In this document: positions 19,908-29,740 of the stretch, piece after piece
How the letters are laid out: every line of letters begins with the position of its first letter
How positions within the stretch are numbered: position 1 is the first letter of the stretch
Source of the DNA: an uncultured Candidatus Saccharibacteria bacterium
GTDB taxonomy: Bacteria; Patescibacteriota; Minisyncoccia; Phycocordibacterales; GWA1-40-21
Assembly: GCA_964613715.1 (NCBI GenBank)
Contig: CAZTJK010000003.1
Coordinates: 7,322-71,321 of the forward strand
Direction of reading: 5' to 3'
DNA: 64,000 nt
Position numbers and translations under genes: made by a program
Notes under the pieces: model-generated
Told to the model about the DNA's origin: nothing
What the model saw: only the letters and a program-made list of their open reading frames with translations
Databases searched by the model: none

Positions 19908-20147
19908 TCAGTGGGCTACCCGTCGTGCCGGATGAATATCATGCATTCGCATGAACCGTTCGACTTCTTCCGGGGTGCCGGAAAAGATCAAGCGGCCGTT
20001 TGCATACAGATATTCGCGCGGCGGCACGTAGTAGCGGTAGGAAGAAGCGTCCGAGTTCCATTCCCATTGGTATCCCATATGGGCGACGCAACCGGATATG
20101 CTTGTTCCGAGCAGTATGAAAAGAAAAAAGAACGCATATTTTTGCAT
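19908..20147 (-). CDS. Small putative lipoprotein
   Basis: GGGAGG SD; MQKYAFFFLFILLGTSISGC lipobox-like signal peptide. Confidence 0.55.
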   Translation of the reverse strand: MQKYAFFFLFILLGTSISGCVAHMGYQWEWNSDASSYRYYVPPREYLYANGRLIFSGTPEEVERFMRMHDIHPARRVAH

Positions 20148-20235
20148 CACGCACCTCCCATCTCTTTTTACAGAGTACCGCATTTATAATATTTGTCAAT
20201 ACAGGTTCTCAGGGCCATTTTGCTATACTTTTTGC

Positions 20236-20868
20236 ATGAAAAACAACACACAAAATACTGATCTCGAGAATTGCTGCGATTGCGGCTCATGCGGCGATCT
20301 GGAAATGGTTGAAGTCGGCCAGAAAGTGCCGGCATTTGAGGCGAAAGCGCTTCATGGCGGCAAAGAAAAGAATATCAAGCTTGCCGATTACAAAGGGAAG
20401 TGGGTGATTGTCTTTTTCTATCCGAAGGATTTCACGTTCATCTGCCCGACCGAGCTTGAGGAAATGGCCGACTACTATGATAAGTTCAAGAAATTGAATA
20501 CCGAAGTGCTGTCAGTCTCCGTCGATACGGTGGAAGTGCACAAGGCATGGCAGGATGTATCAAAAGCGATCAAGAAAGTGAAATTCCCGATGCTCTCGGA
20601 CGCGACGCATGAGCTTTCTGAAATGTTCGGCACGTATATTCCGGAAGAAGGAGTGTCGCTCCGTGGCACATTTGTGATTGATTCGGACGGTGTACTCAAG
20701 TCGATGGAAGTGAATGATAATTCGATCGGCCGCTCCGCGAAGGAGCTCTACCGTAAGCTCCAGGCGGCGCAATTCGTCGCGACGCATGGCGGCAAAGTCT
20801 GCCCGGCATCATGGGAGCCGGGGGATGATACGCTTGAGCCCGGGCTTGATCTTGTGGGAAAGATATAA
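20236..20868 (+). CDS. ahpC: 2-Cys peroxiredoxin (AhpC) with Cys-rich N-terminal extension
   Basis: FYPKDFTFICPTE and VCPASW motifs. Confidence 0.93.
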   Translation: MKNNTQNTDLENCCDCGSCGDLEMVEVGQKVPAFEAKALHGGKEKNIKLADYKGKWVIVFFYPKDFTFICPTELEEMADYYDKFKKLNTEVLSVSVDTVEVHKAWQDVSKAIKKVKFPMLSDATHELSEMFGTYIPEEGVSLRGTFVIDSDGVLKSMEVNDNSIGRSAKELYRKLQAAQFVATHGGKVCPASWEPGDDTLEPGLDLVGKI

Positions 20869-20898
20869 AAAGAAAAACCGCTCTCATGTGAGAGCGGT

Positions 20899-21129
20899 TT
20901 ATTGTTCAGGCTCGAATTCGCTTGCCCAGTAGGTCGAGATCTGGCGGTCATCGAGATGCTCGACGAACCACAAGGTATCGCCGTCATGCGTCGGCACTTT
21001 GTAGAGCACTTTCGCGAGCATGTTGCTTTGCCGGTTTTTCAGGCGATCGGGCGAGACAAGATGGATCGGCTTTTCTTTGAGGGTGCCTGTGCGGATGCGC
21101 AGGCCTTTTGTAACGAGACTGCTGTCCAT
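20899..21129 (-). CDS. Small hypothetical protein (76 aa)
   Basis: AAAGGAG SD before the ATG at 21129; ends at a bidirectional terminator. Confidence 0.55.
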   Translation of the reverse strand: MDSSLVTKGLRIRTGTLKEKPIHLVSPDRLKNRQSNMLAKVLYKVPTHDGDTLWFVEHLDDRQISTYWASEFEPEQ

Positions 21130-21213
21130 GATCGGCTCCTTTCGGGAAAAGATTCTGCCGCCATCATAGCATAGCTGCTTTTTTCCGAAAGGGGACATGG
21201 TATACTCTTTCGT

Positions 21214-21564
21214 ATGATCGAATTTTTCAAAAATACGCTGCCAGGCGGCCTCGTCGCTCTCCTTTATTTCCTCCTGTTCTTTTTCATCGTGCCACTCGAT
21301 GTGAAATGCACGTATCATTCGCCCACCAATTACTGCGCGCAGCTCATTGAAAAAGATACATTGCCAGCATTTTTGCCGCCCACGCTCTTGCCGATCGACC
21401 TGACATTCTTTTCCCCGGTGTATCAGACACTGACATTTTTGACGCTTCACTTCACGCCGATTGATCCGAATGACACGGCACTCATCATTCTCTTGGATGG
21501 GGCAATCTTTTACTTGGGCGGCAGTATCGTGTGGGGATTGTTGCGGAAAATAGTAGGGCGATAA
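21214..21564 (+). CDS. Hypothetical membrane protein
   Basis: TGGTATACT 7 nt before ATG; hydrophobic segments. Confidence 0.6.
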   Translation: MIEFFKNTLPGGLVALLYFLLFFFIVPLDVKCTYHSPTNYCAQLIEKDTLPAFLPPTLLPIDLTFFSPVYQTLTFLTLHFTPIDPNDTALIILLDGAIFYLGGSIVWGLLRKIVGR

Positions 21565-21614
21565 GGTAGTGAAAAAAGGCGGGTCGCGCGAAGCGCGACC
21601 CGCCTTTTTGTATG

Positions 21615-21812
21615 TTGTGGAGATGGCGAGAATCGGTCACGAATAAATTTCCTGACAGAAATTTTTCGCGACCCCGGCTCGCTATTTTTGCCTTTGCTTC
21701 GTAAAACAAAAATAAAGCTGCGCCCGTTCGATTCCGACGCACGCAAAGCAGTTTGCGTGCTCCTGAATCTTACTTATAAAAATAGCCCGACACGAAGTCG
21801 GGCTATTTTTAT
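21615..21812 (-). repeat. tmRNA-3'-end-associated palindromic element
   Basis: Direct repeat TTGTGGAGATGG (21615-21626 and 21814-21825), inverted copy of the T-arm (21726-21736) and several hairpins. Confidence 0.7.
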
Positions 21813-21816
21813 ATTG

Positions 21817-22219
21817 TGGAGATGGGCGGAATCGAACCGCCGTGCAAATGATTGTTACCGATGATTCTACAAAGTCTAGTCGAATTTTTTCGCCGAAGCG
21901 AATTTAAGTGGAAAGGCTATAAGACGACAAAATACCTTCCTGCCGATTCTCTACAGTTCATATCGCGTCGAGAATCCGCGACATATACTCTGAATTATAT
22001 TCCACCCCGGTCCGAGTAATCAGATGTGCTCGGGCGGGACGTCGCTTAGGCTATTGCGTAAGCGAAGGACGCGTTCGAAACTCCGAAATACGGAGAGACG
22101 AGAGACGCGACCTTGCGAGAAATGCTGTTTGCATTTGTCATCCTGACGGTTAAGGAGTGTACAGGGTGCTCCACTTTGCTCATGCGGGAACGGATCAGTT
22201 GTCTAGGCCGATCATCCCC
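21817..22219 (-). ncRNA. ssrA: tmRNA; predicted tag ANSISRKVASLVSPYFGVSNASFAYAIA (22132-22046)
   Basis: 5' GGGGATG pairs with 3' CATCTCC-A (G3.U70); T-arm GGCGGTTCGATTCCGCC; tag ORF; immediately downstream of smpB. Confidence 0.93.
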
Positions 22220-22224
22220 ATGTC

Positions 22225-22671
22225 TCATTCGTTTTTCAATGTCCTCCGGATCTCGCGGTCCGATTCGCGCTTCCTGATGCTTTCGCGCTTGTCAGATTTC
22301 TTCTTGCCGCGGCCGATGCCAAGCTGTACTTTCAGCTTGTGTTTATTATTATACACTGAAAGTACGACTATCGTCAAGCCTTTCTGATTTTCCACTTTCG
22401 CGAGCCGCTCGATTTCCTTTTTTGTCAGAAGCAGGCGGCGGTTCCTGCGTTCGTCATAATCCTTTGGCGCATTTTTCGGCTGGAGCGGTGTCACAGCAGC
22501 GCCGATGAGGTATGCCTCACCTCCTCGGATCGTCGCGTATGCCCCATCAAGCGTCATGCGTCCCGCGCGAATCGCTTTCACTTCGATACCAAGCAGCTCA
22601 ATACCCGCCTCTATTTTCTCGAGGATTTCGTAGTTGAAATATGCTTTTCTATTTTCAGCGAATGCAGCCAT
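22225..22671 (-). CDS. smpB: SsrA-binding protein SmpB
   Basis: ENRKAYFNYEILEKIEAGIELLGIEVKAIR, GRGKKKSDKRE. Confidence 0.97.
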   Translation of the reverse strand: MAAFAENRKAYFNYEILEKIEAGIELLGIEVKAIRAGRMTLDGAYATIRGGEAYLIGAAVTPLQPKNAPKDYDERRNRRLLLTKKEIERLAKVENQKGLTIVVLSVYNNKHKLKVQLGIGRGKKKSDKRESIRKRESDREIRRTLKNE

Positions 22672-22765
22672 GCGGCAATGGTAGCAAAAGGGGAGAGAGT
22701 TGGGAAATAAAAAACGCCACACGATTTTCTCGTATGGCGTCTGTATGCGAGCATCAGCTTTCTGC

Positions 22766-23188
22766 TCAGGGAGTGTTCGCCTTCGCTTTTTCTGTGCTCA
22801 CCAGCTTGCTCTTTTCGATGAACGTAAACCACATATATGCTCGTCCTACATAACTCGGATCAATAACCCGGACTGCTTGCAGGATGACATATTTACCGGC
22901 ATCATTTCCAATCATCCGATTGAAAACTTCTTGCAAGGTCATTCCCTCAACTATCCTGCTGGATAAGTTCTCTGAGACGTCTTGTCGTACAGCGAGCGGA
23001 TCACTCACTTGTTCCATGGTGGCCGCTGGCGCCATATAAATGACGTCAGCCGAACTTGCTCCTTTACTGCTTTGTCCGCTGCTGCCGATCAGATAACCAA
23101 ACATGAAACTGCCTGTACCGGCATGGCTTGCGCCCGCGTTCATGAGGCAAAAAATCCCTACAACCAGTGCGGCGATATATGTACGCAT
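22766..23188 (-). CDS. Hypothetical secreted protein
   Basis: Signal peptide ending ASHA; AAAGGAG SD; TTGACA promoter upstream. Confidence 0.65.
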   Translation of the reverse strand: MRTYIAALVVGIFCLMNAGASHAGTGSFMFGYLIGSSGQSSKGASSADVIYMAPAATMEQVSDPLAVRQDVSENLSSRIVEGMTLQEVFNRMIGNDAGKYVILQAVRVIDPSYVGRAYMWFTFIEKSKLVSTEKAKANTP

Positions 23189-23335
23189 AGTACGCTCCTT
23201 TGTAATGAACTAGAATTGCAGGGTTTCATACCCCTGCCTGTTTTATATTTAAGCATTATTTATAATTATTGTCAATAGTTACGTATAGTTTGTCATTGTA
23301 AACATCATATTTTTCATGCTATTATTCGTTTCTCT

Positions 23336-25294
23336 ATGGATAATCCGAAGAACAAAAAGCAGGGGAAAAAGCAACCGGGCAAGGGCGCATCGCGCTTTTT
23401 CGGCGGGGGAAACGGCCCGATGTCGTATTTCACGAAGATCGGCAATGCGATCGTCATCCTCTTTGTCATTTCACTGCTCTATTCATTTCTTTTTGGCAGC
23501 TCGACTGCTGAACAGCAGATTCCGATCTCGCAGCTTGCAAGCGATATCAATGCTGGGCTCGTGCAAAAGATTGACGTGAAGTCTGACGACCTAACGATCA
23601 CCTATGCCACAACATCGGCAAATGCAGCTGCAGCAGTGAAGACTTCAAAAAAGGAAGAAGGCGTTGCGCTGACCGAGACGCTTGCGAACTACAAAGTCGC
23701 GCCGGAAAAGCTTGCAGTCGTGAATATCACGATCGAGAGCGATACCGGCTTTGGCTATTGGTTCCTCAATCTCGCGCCATTCGTTATTCCGCTCATTATT
23801 ATCGGTATTTTCATTTGGATGCTCATGCGACAGATGAAGGGGACGGGCATGCAGGCATTGTCATTTGGTCAATCGAAAGCGCGCATCATATTGCCAAGCG
23901 ACAAGAAGCAGCGCGTGACATTCGCGGATGTCGCTGGTGCAAAAGAGGCGAAAGAAGAGCTTGCTGAAGTTGTTGATTTCTTGAAGAATCCGAAGAAATT
24001 CCTCGATATCGGCGCTAAAATCCCGAAAGGCATACTCCTCATGGGCGCGCCAGGCACCGGCAAGACGCTCCTTGCGCGCGCAGTCGCAGGCGAGGCGGGC
24101 GTGGCATTCTTCTCGATTTCCGGCTCCGAATTCGTCGAGATGTTCGTGGGCGTCGGCGCTTCGCGTGTGCGCGACCTTTTCAAAATGGCGAAAGCTGCAG
24201 CACCAGCGATCATTTTTGTCGATGAGATAGACGCGGTCGGCCGTATTCGCGGCGGCGGCGTGGGCGGGGGAAATGATGAGCGCGAGCAGACACTCAACCA
24301 AATACTCGTTGAGATGGATGGCTTCGAGCAGAATGAGAAAGTGATCGTCATGGCGGCGACGAACCGCCCGGACGTGCTCGACAGCGCGCTTTTGCGCCCT
24401 GGTCGCTTCGATCGCCGTGTGGTGATCGACTTGCCGGATCGCAATGACCGCGAAGCGATACTCAAAGTACATTCGAAGGAAAAGCCATTTGCGGAAGATG
24501 TGAATCTCCGCACGGTTGCCGAGCGCACGCCGGGCTTCTCGGGTGCCGATCTCTACTCCCTTATGAATGAAGGCGCCATTCTCGCTGCGCGCGAAGGCCG
24601 TCAGAAGATTTCCCAATACGATCTCATCCGTTCCATCGAAAAGGTCATGATGGGCCCGGAGCGCAAGAGTCATATTCTCTCGAAGAAAGAAAAAGAAATC
24701 ACCGCGTACCATGAAGCAGGACATGCGCTCGTCTCATCCGTCTTGCCGTATGCCGATCCCGTGCACAAGGTCTCGATTATCGCGCGCGGCCGTGCAGGTG
24801 GCTATACACTCCACTTGCCGTTTGAGGACAAGCGCTTGCAATCGAAAAAGGAATTCATGGATGATATCGCGGTGTCCCTTGGTGGCTATGTGACAGAAAA
24901 GATGATGTTTGGCGATCTCACGACCGGCCCGTCGAATGACTTGCAGGTCGCGACCGCACTTGCACGTGATATGGTCACGAAATACGGCATGTCCGATGCA
25001 TTCGGCCCGGTAGCACTCGAGGGCGAAGGCGGCCGCACAATGTTCGGCAAAGGCGTCGGCGACAAGGAATATTCCGACAAGGTGAATGCCGAGATCGATC
25101 AGGAAGTGACGAATATTATGAATATGAATATGAAGCGTGCCGAGAAAATAGTTACGGATAATAAGAAGGCGCTTGATGCGATTGCGAAGAAACTCATTGA
25201 AACGGAAACGATCGAGCGGGAAGATTTCGAGAAGATTCTTGTGGCAAACGGGATCATGCCAAAGAAAAAGGAAGATATCGAACATCAGGCCTAG
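23336..25294 (+). CDS. ftsH: ATP-dependent zinc metalloprotease FtsH
   Basis: 2 TM; GAPGTGKT; DEIDA; [10 protein letters not shown]; HEAGH. Confidence 0.98.
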   Translation: MDNPKNKKQGKKQPGKGASRFFGGGNGPMSYFTKIGNAIVILFVISLLYSFLFGSSTAEQQIPISQLASDINAGLVQKIDVKSDDLTITYATTSANAAAAVKTSKKEEGVALTETLANYKVAPEKLAVVNITIESDTGFGYWFLNLAPFVIPLIIIGIFIWMLMRQMKGTGMQALSFGQSKARIILPSDKKQRVTFADVAGAKEAKEELAEVVDFLKNPKKFLDIGAKIPKGILLMGAPGTGKTLLARAVAGEAGVAFFSISGSEFVEMFVGVGASRVRDLFKMAKAAAPAIIFVDEIDAVGRIRGGGVGGGNDEREQTLNQILVEMDGFEQNEKVIVMAATNRPDVLDSALLRPGRFDRRVVIDLPDRNDREAILKVHSKEKPFAEDVNLRTVAERTPGFSGADLYSLMNEGAILAAREGRQKISQYDLIRSIEKVMMGPERKSHILSKKEKEITAYHEAGHALVSSVLPYADPVHKVSIIARGRAGGYTLHLPFEDKRLQSKKEFMDDIAVSLGGYVTEKMMFGDLTTGPSNDLQVATALARDMVTKYGMSDAFGPVALEGEGGRTMFGKGVGDKEYSDKVNAEIDQEVTNIMNMNMKRAEKIVTDNKKALDAIAKKLIETETIEREDFEKILVANGIMPKKKEDIEHQA

Positions 25295-25356
25295 GTTATT
25301 GTATTTTGCTCGTACCCAAAAGAAAAATGCGGAGCAGTCCGCATTTTTCTTTTGGG

Positions 25357-25430
25357 TACGCCCGCCTGGATTCGAACCAGGGACCACGAAGGTATAAGCT
25401 TCGCGCTCTAACCAGCTGAGCTACGGGCGT
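25357..25430 (-). tRNA. tRNA-Ile (anticodon UAU)
   Basis: Cloverleaf ACGCCCG/CGGGCGT; anticodon arm CGAAG-CT-TAT-AC-CTTCG; GGTTCGAATCC T-arm. Confidence 0.92.
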
Positions 25431-25549
25431 ATGCGCCTATGCTATAGCAAAACGAGCTTCGCGGCAATTCATTTTCTTGCTGCAAGCGGGCCCGCATGCT
25501 AGGCTCAAAAAAGAAGCAGTCACAATCCTGAAAAAGAAAGGAGCCGGGC

Positions 25550-25825
25550 ATGGCCCTACCAGCAGATCATCTGATGGGAAACAAGCTTGCCGGGGCGCCT
25601 CCGCTCAGTCAGGCAGATCAGTCGAAACGCTACGGCGTCGTCTGGTACGTAAAAGAAACGGGTCTATGGTATTCGCCGTCGCATTTGGCCGATTTCAAGA
25701 CACAACGGGCGCGCGTATTGCGTTTCAAGAGAGAGAATGAGCAGGATAAGAAGAAAAACCTGAAGCTCCTCGATCAGACATTTGGGCTTGAGGACGAAGA
25801 TGGCACTGTCTATGCGCTGGATTGA
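25550..25825 (+). CDS. Hypothetical protein
   Basis: AAAGGAG SD; 91-aa ORF. Confidence 0.55.
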   Translation: MALPADHLMGNKLAGAPPLSQADQSKRYGVVWYVKETGLWYSPSHLADFKTQRARVLRFKRENEQDKKKNLKLLDQTFGLEDEDGTVYALD

Positions 25826-25906
25826 AAAGCGTGGAATCATACAAATGATTTCACGCTTTTTTCATGACGCTGCCATCCTGTCTCGCCACCATGCTATACT
25901 AGGGGC

Positions 25907-26158
25907 ATGGAACAAAAATTATGGTTCAAGGCAAAGCGCTACGGCTGGGGCTGGTATCCGGTATCCTGGGAAGGGTGGGTCATCATGCTTGCCTATATCG
26001 CCGCCCTCGTGAAAATATTCATCGTCATCGACCTGCGCTCGCATTCGGTGAGCGACCTGCTGATCGCTTTCGCGCCGAGCTTCATTATTATTACGGGCCT
26101 GTTTCTCACTATTTGCTACAAGAAAGGGGAGAAGCCAGCCTGGCATTGGGGGAAATAA
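25907..26158 (+). CDS. Small 2-TM membrane protein
   Basis: WFKAKRYGWGWYPVSWEGW motif; leaderless start after TGCTATACT. Confidence 0.75.
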   Translation: MEQKLWFKAKRYGWGWYPVSWEGWVIMLAYIAALVKIFIVIDLRSHSVSDLLIAFAPSFIIITGLFLTICYKKGEKPAWHWGK

Positions 26159-26224
26159 GGCATACTTGACACTTATATAATATATAGGTAAAATAATATC
26201 GTTCATACCATAATAAAAACTACT

Positions 26225-26518
26225 ATGAAAGAAGGAGCATTGCTTGATCCGACTGATCGCCATGAAGAAGCAGCGAAGAAGCACGCAGAACGCATGGAGT
26301 ATCTCAAAACCCTTTCCGATGAGGAGCTGCACAAGGAGTTGCGCGGCCGTCCTCTCCTGCCGGCAACGCAGGAAGATATGGATGAAATTCTGAAGGATTT
26401 CATGGAAATCGACCGTGCTGAGCGCGAGCGCGCGTATCAGAAAGAACAGAAGCTTGCGGAGGAACAAGCACAGAAGCAGGCGGGCGAGAAAAAGCATGCA
26501 GATAAGAAAGTTGCTTAA
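26225..26518 (+). CDS. Hypothetical acidic coiled-coil protein
   Basis: TTGACA-17-TAAAAT promoter; host-like codon usage. Confidence 0.65.
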   Translation: MKEGALLDPTDRHEEAAKKHAERMEYLKTLSDEELHKELRGRPLLPATQEDMDEILKDFMEIDRAERERAYQKEQKLAEEQAQKQAGEKKHADKKVA

Positions 26519-26527
26519 TCCATTGGT

Positions 26528-26926
26528 ATGAGTGAAACGCCGGACAGGCTGACATTTGCAGATTTCGAAGACGTGCCGAGCCCGGAAGAGCTTGAAAAGC
26601 TCAAGCAGCTCGAGAAAATGCTCGGCCAGCTGACGCGCGAGCAGCTCATCGAGAAGGCCAGGCTCTACGAAGACAATTTCAATGCCTCGATCGAAACGCT
26701 TGTAGATGCGAGTGCGTATACTCCCGAAGCGAAATCAGCGTACGAGCTGCGCAAAGCAGCACTCAAAGAGCTTGCCGAGCGTATTGATAGCGACAATAAA
26801 TTCCTGACAGCCCTCGAACATAAGGCTGTTGTGCTCGCGCATGAACACAAGCTTGATTGGCCGGAGCATTATGAGACGCAGAAGGGGAAGCATCTTGCGC
26901 AGTGGATCGCCGAGGGAAAGATATAA
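26528..26926 (+). CDS. Hypothetical helical protein
   Basis: Co-oriented 9 nt after the previous ORF; ends at a bidirectional terminator. Confidence 0.65.
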   Translation: MSETPDRLTFADFEDVPSPEELEKLKQLEKMLGQLTREQLIEKARLYEDNFNASIETLVDASAYTPEAKSAYELRKAALKELAERIDSDNKFLTALEHKAVVLAHEHKLDWPEHYETQKGKHLAQWIAEGKI

Positions 26927-26965
26927 AAATAAAAAAGCCGGCGCGCGTTGCGTGCCGGCTTTTTG

Positions 26966-29125
26966 CTATTCGAAATGTATTTCCGCCTTTTTTCGTTCTG
27001 CCAGCCGCGTTTTCACGAGCGGGAAATCTGCAAGCGACGGGTCTTGTGCGAGCATTGCTTCCGCTTCCGTGCGTGCCGCTTCCACCATCTTGATATTCTT
27101 GATCGCTTCCATGCCGATATCCGTGACGCCCCATTGCGCGCTGCCTGAAAGCTCGCCCGGGCCACGCAATTGCAGATCATATTCTGCAAGCTCAAAGCCG
27201 TTTGATGATTTTTTGAATGCAGAGAGTCGTTTCACTGTCTTCTCGCTTTTGGTCTCGGCAAAGACGAAGCAATATGCCTGATGGGTGCCGCGGATCACGC
27301 GGCCGCGCAGCTGATGAAGCTGTGCCAAGCCGAAGCGCTCTGCGCCCTCGATCACGATCATCGTGGCATTCGGCACGTTCACGCCGACTTCGACGACGCT
27401 TGTTGCCACCAGTATCTGAATTTTTCCATTCTTGAAATCCTGCATCACCGCTTCTTTTTCTTTCGGCAGCATTTTCGAGTGCAGTATGCCGATCGTTTCG
27501 GTCTTGAATACGTCGCGCGCAAGGCGCTTGGCTTCTTCAGTGACGGATTTGGCGATCACGGCGCTTTCTTTTGCTGGATCCGGCTCATCGATACGCGGGC
27601 AGATGACATATGCCTGCCTGCCGGTTTTTATTTCCCCGCGGATCTTTTCATAGGTCGCTTCGCGCGCTCCCGGCAGCACGATTTCAGTGATGATCGGCTT
27701 TCGCCCTGCCGGCATTTCATCAAGGAGCGACAAGTCGAGATCGCCATAAATGGTGAGCGCAAGGGTGCGCGGTATCGGCGTTGCCGTCATGGAGAGGAGA
27801 TGCGGATTCATGCCGTCTTTCGTGGCGAGCTTTTGCCGCTGTAGCGTGCCGAACCGATGCTGCTCGTCGATCACGACGAATGCTAAGTGCTTGAACTTCA
27901 CGGATTTCTGTATGAGCGCATGCGTGCCGATGAGTATCGGTATCTCGCCATTTGCCACCCATTTCAAAAGCTGCGTGCGGGAAATCTGCGTCGAGCTTTT
28001 CGGATTTACCTTCGAAGGGAATTTGCGGCATTCCGTGCCGGTGATGAGACCGACCTGTATGCCGAGGTGCGTGAAATACTCGATGAATGATTCGAAATGC
28101 TGCTTGGCGAGGATTTCGGTCGGCGCCATATAGGCTACCTGCAGATTACCGAAGCTTTTTCCGTTCGGCCGTGATGTCACGACGGTATATGCCGCAGTTG
28201 CAGCCACCGCCGTTTTGCCTGAACCGACATCACCTTCAAGCAGTCGTGCCATAGCATGGCCTTTTGTAAAATCTTTCATGATATGCGAGATAGCCTTTTC
28301 TTGGGCTCCCGTAGCTTGGAAAGGGAATCGGCCGGTAAAATCCGCGATATCCTTCGTGGTTTTCTCAATCTGGTATGCAGGCTCTTTGTCCCAGGCTATG
28401 CGCGAGAGCTTTTTTGCAAGCTGTATGAAAAAGATTTCTTCGAAGGCGAATCGCTTGCGGGCGGCAAGCGCATGTTCTTCTTTCTGCGGCGCATGGATCC
28501 AGATGAGCGCGGTGGCGAGCTTGGGGAGATTGTATTTCTCGCGCATCGCATCCGGAATCGCGTCCTCGGTATCTTCGAGCAGCTTTGCCTGGAAGATTTT
28601 CTGTATCGCGTGGTAAAACCAATTCGAGGTTATGCCGCGGCTTTCGGGATACACAGGATAGAGCGAATGCGCCTCGCCCTCTTCGCCAAAAAGCGACGCT
28701 CCGACACCGATCGGCAATTTTTCCACCACTTCTATTTTCGGATTCGAAAGATAGAGTGCTTCTTTTCGCTCGGATACCTTGCCATCCGCACGCACGAATG
28801 CGCCATCGTGTACCATCTTTGCGATATACGGCTGGTGGAACCACACGGCCTTGATGCTGCCGGATTCGTCTTCGATATATGCTTCCGACATGGGGATTTT
28901 CGTGCGGAAGCCTTTCGAGGTTTTTAGGCGGGAAATCCTGCCGAAAATCACCGCCTTTTCTCCAGCGGCGAGCGAGCCGATATTTCTTTTCTCCGACGTA
29001 TCGCCGTAGCGGGCGGGGAAATGATACAGAAGGTCCGCGACTGTAGCGAGACCAAGCTTTTTCAGCGCCTTTTTCTGCGGTTCCTGCAAGCGAAAGGCGG
29101 TTTCAAGTGGAGTGTCGAGCGTCAT
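26966..29125 (-). CDS. recG: ATP-dependent DNA helicase RecG
   Basis: RLLEGDVGSGKT, DEQHRFG, MTATPIPRTL, QLHQLRGRV, DLQLRGPGE. Confidence 0.97.
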   Translation of the reverse strand: MTLDTPLETAFRLQEPQKKALKKLGLATVADLLYHFPARYGDTSEKRNIGSLAAGEKAVIFGRISRLKTSKGFRTKIPMSEAYIEDESGSIKAVWFHQPYIAKMVHDGAFVRADGKVSERKEALYLSNPKIEVVEKLPIGVGASLFGEEGEAHSLYPVYPESRGITSNWFYHAIQKIFQAKLLEDTEDAIPDAMREKYNLPKLATALIWIHAPQKEEHALAARKRFAFEEIFFIQLAKKLSRIAWDKEPAYQIEKTTKDIADFTGRFPFQATGAQEKAISHIMKDFTKGHAMARLLEGDVGSGKTAVAATAAYTVVTSRPNGKSFGNLQVAYMAPTEILAKQHFESFIEYFTHLGIQVGLITGTECRKFPSKVNPKSSTQISRTQLLKWVANGEIPILIGTHALIQKSVKFKHLAFVVIDEQHRFGTLQRQKLATKDGMNPHLLSMTATPIPRTLALTIYGDLDLSLLDEMPAGRKPIITEIVLPGAREATYEKIRGEIKTGRQAYVICPRIDEPDPAKESAVIAKSVTEEAKRLARDVFKTETIGILHSKMLPKEKEAVMQDFKNGKIQILVATSVVEVGVNVPNATMIVIEGAERFGLAQLHQLRGRVIRGTHQAYCFVFAETKSEKTVKRLSAFKKSSNGFELAEYDLQLRGPGELSGSAQWGVTDIGMEAIKNIKMVEAARTEAEAMLAQDPSLADFPLVKTRLAERKKAEIHFE

Positions 29126-29197
29126 GGGTAGATTATAGCGGGATTTTCATGCTCCGTATATGCTATACTTGAATCCGTTATTTATTCATCTTTTACT

Positions 29198-29686
29198 ATG
29201 ACAATACTCACCACAGCAGAAATCATTACTCGCATCGCGATCGCCGTCGGTCTCGGCGCTATCCTTGGTCTTGAGCGCACTTTTGCCGGCAAGCGCGCTG
29301 GCATGCGCACCTACGCCATGGTCGCGCTCGGCGCTGCGGTATTCATTATTATTGCGCAAAATGTCATCGCGGGGCTCGCATCTGCCGTCGGAGCAAATCC
29401 GCTCGGCGTTGCCGGTGCCATTATTTCTGGTATTGGCTTCATCGGTGCTGGTCTTCTGATTTTCCATGACAATAAGGTGACGGGTCTCACGACTGCTGCC
29501 GGCCTTTGGGTCTCTTCCGCAGTTGGCATGGCCTCGGGATTTGGTTTTTTTAGTCTTGCAACGATGACGACTGTCGCAGCGCTCATGGTATTCACCATGT
29601 TCTGGTTCATCGAGCACGGATTCCTCAAGTTTACGAGCCGCAAGAATTCGGATTATACCGACGAAGACGAGAACGGGAAGAAATAA
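29198..29686 (+). CDS. MgtC/SapB family membrane protein
   Basis: GLER...AGMRTY, ISGIGFIGAG, GLTTAAGLW. Confidence 0.92.
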   Translation: MTILTTAEIITRIAIAVGLGAILGLERTFAGKRAGMRTYAMVALGAAVFIIIAQNVIAGLASAVGANPLGVAGAIISGIGFIGAGLLIFHDNKVTGLTTAAGLWVSSAVGMASGFGFFSLATMTTVAALMVFTMFWFIEHGFLKFTSRKNSDYTDEDENGKK

Positions 29687-29740
29687 AAAAATGAATCAAA
29701 AAAGCGCCGGCCGCGAAGCGGCCGGCGCTTTTCATTTTCT

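Noticed and set aside
21130-21450. N-terminal extension of the 20899-21450 ORF (similarly the extended starts given for rpsG, tuf, ahpC, smpB)
   Set aside because: It overlaps a better-supported opposite-strand gene; SD or -10 signals and homology point to downstream ATGs
22046-22228. 60-aa minus-strand ORF as an independent gene
   Set aside because: It lies inside tmRNA; its 3' part is the proteolysis tag frame
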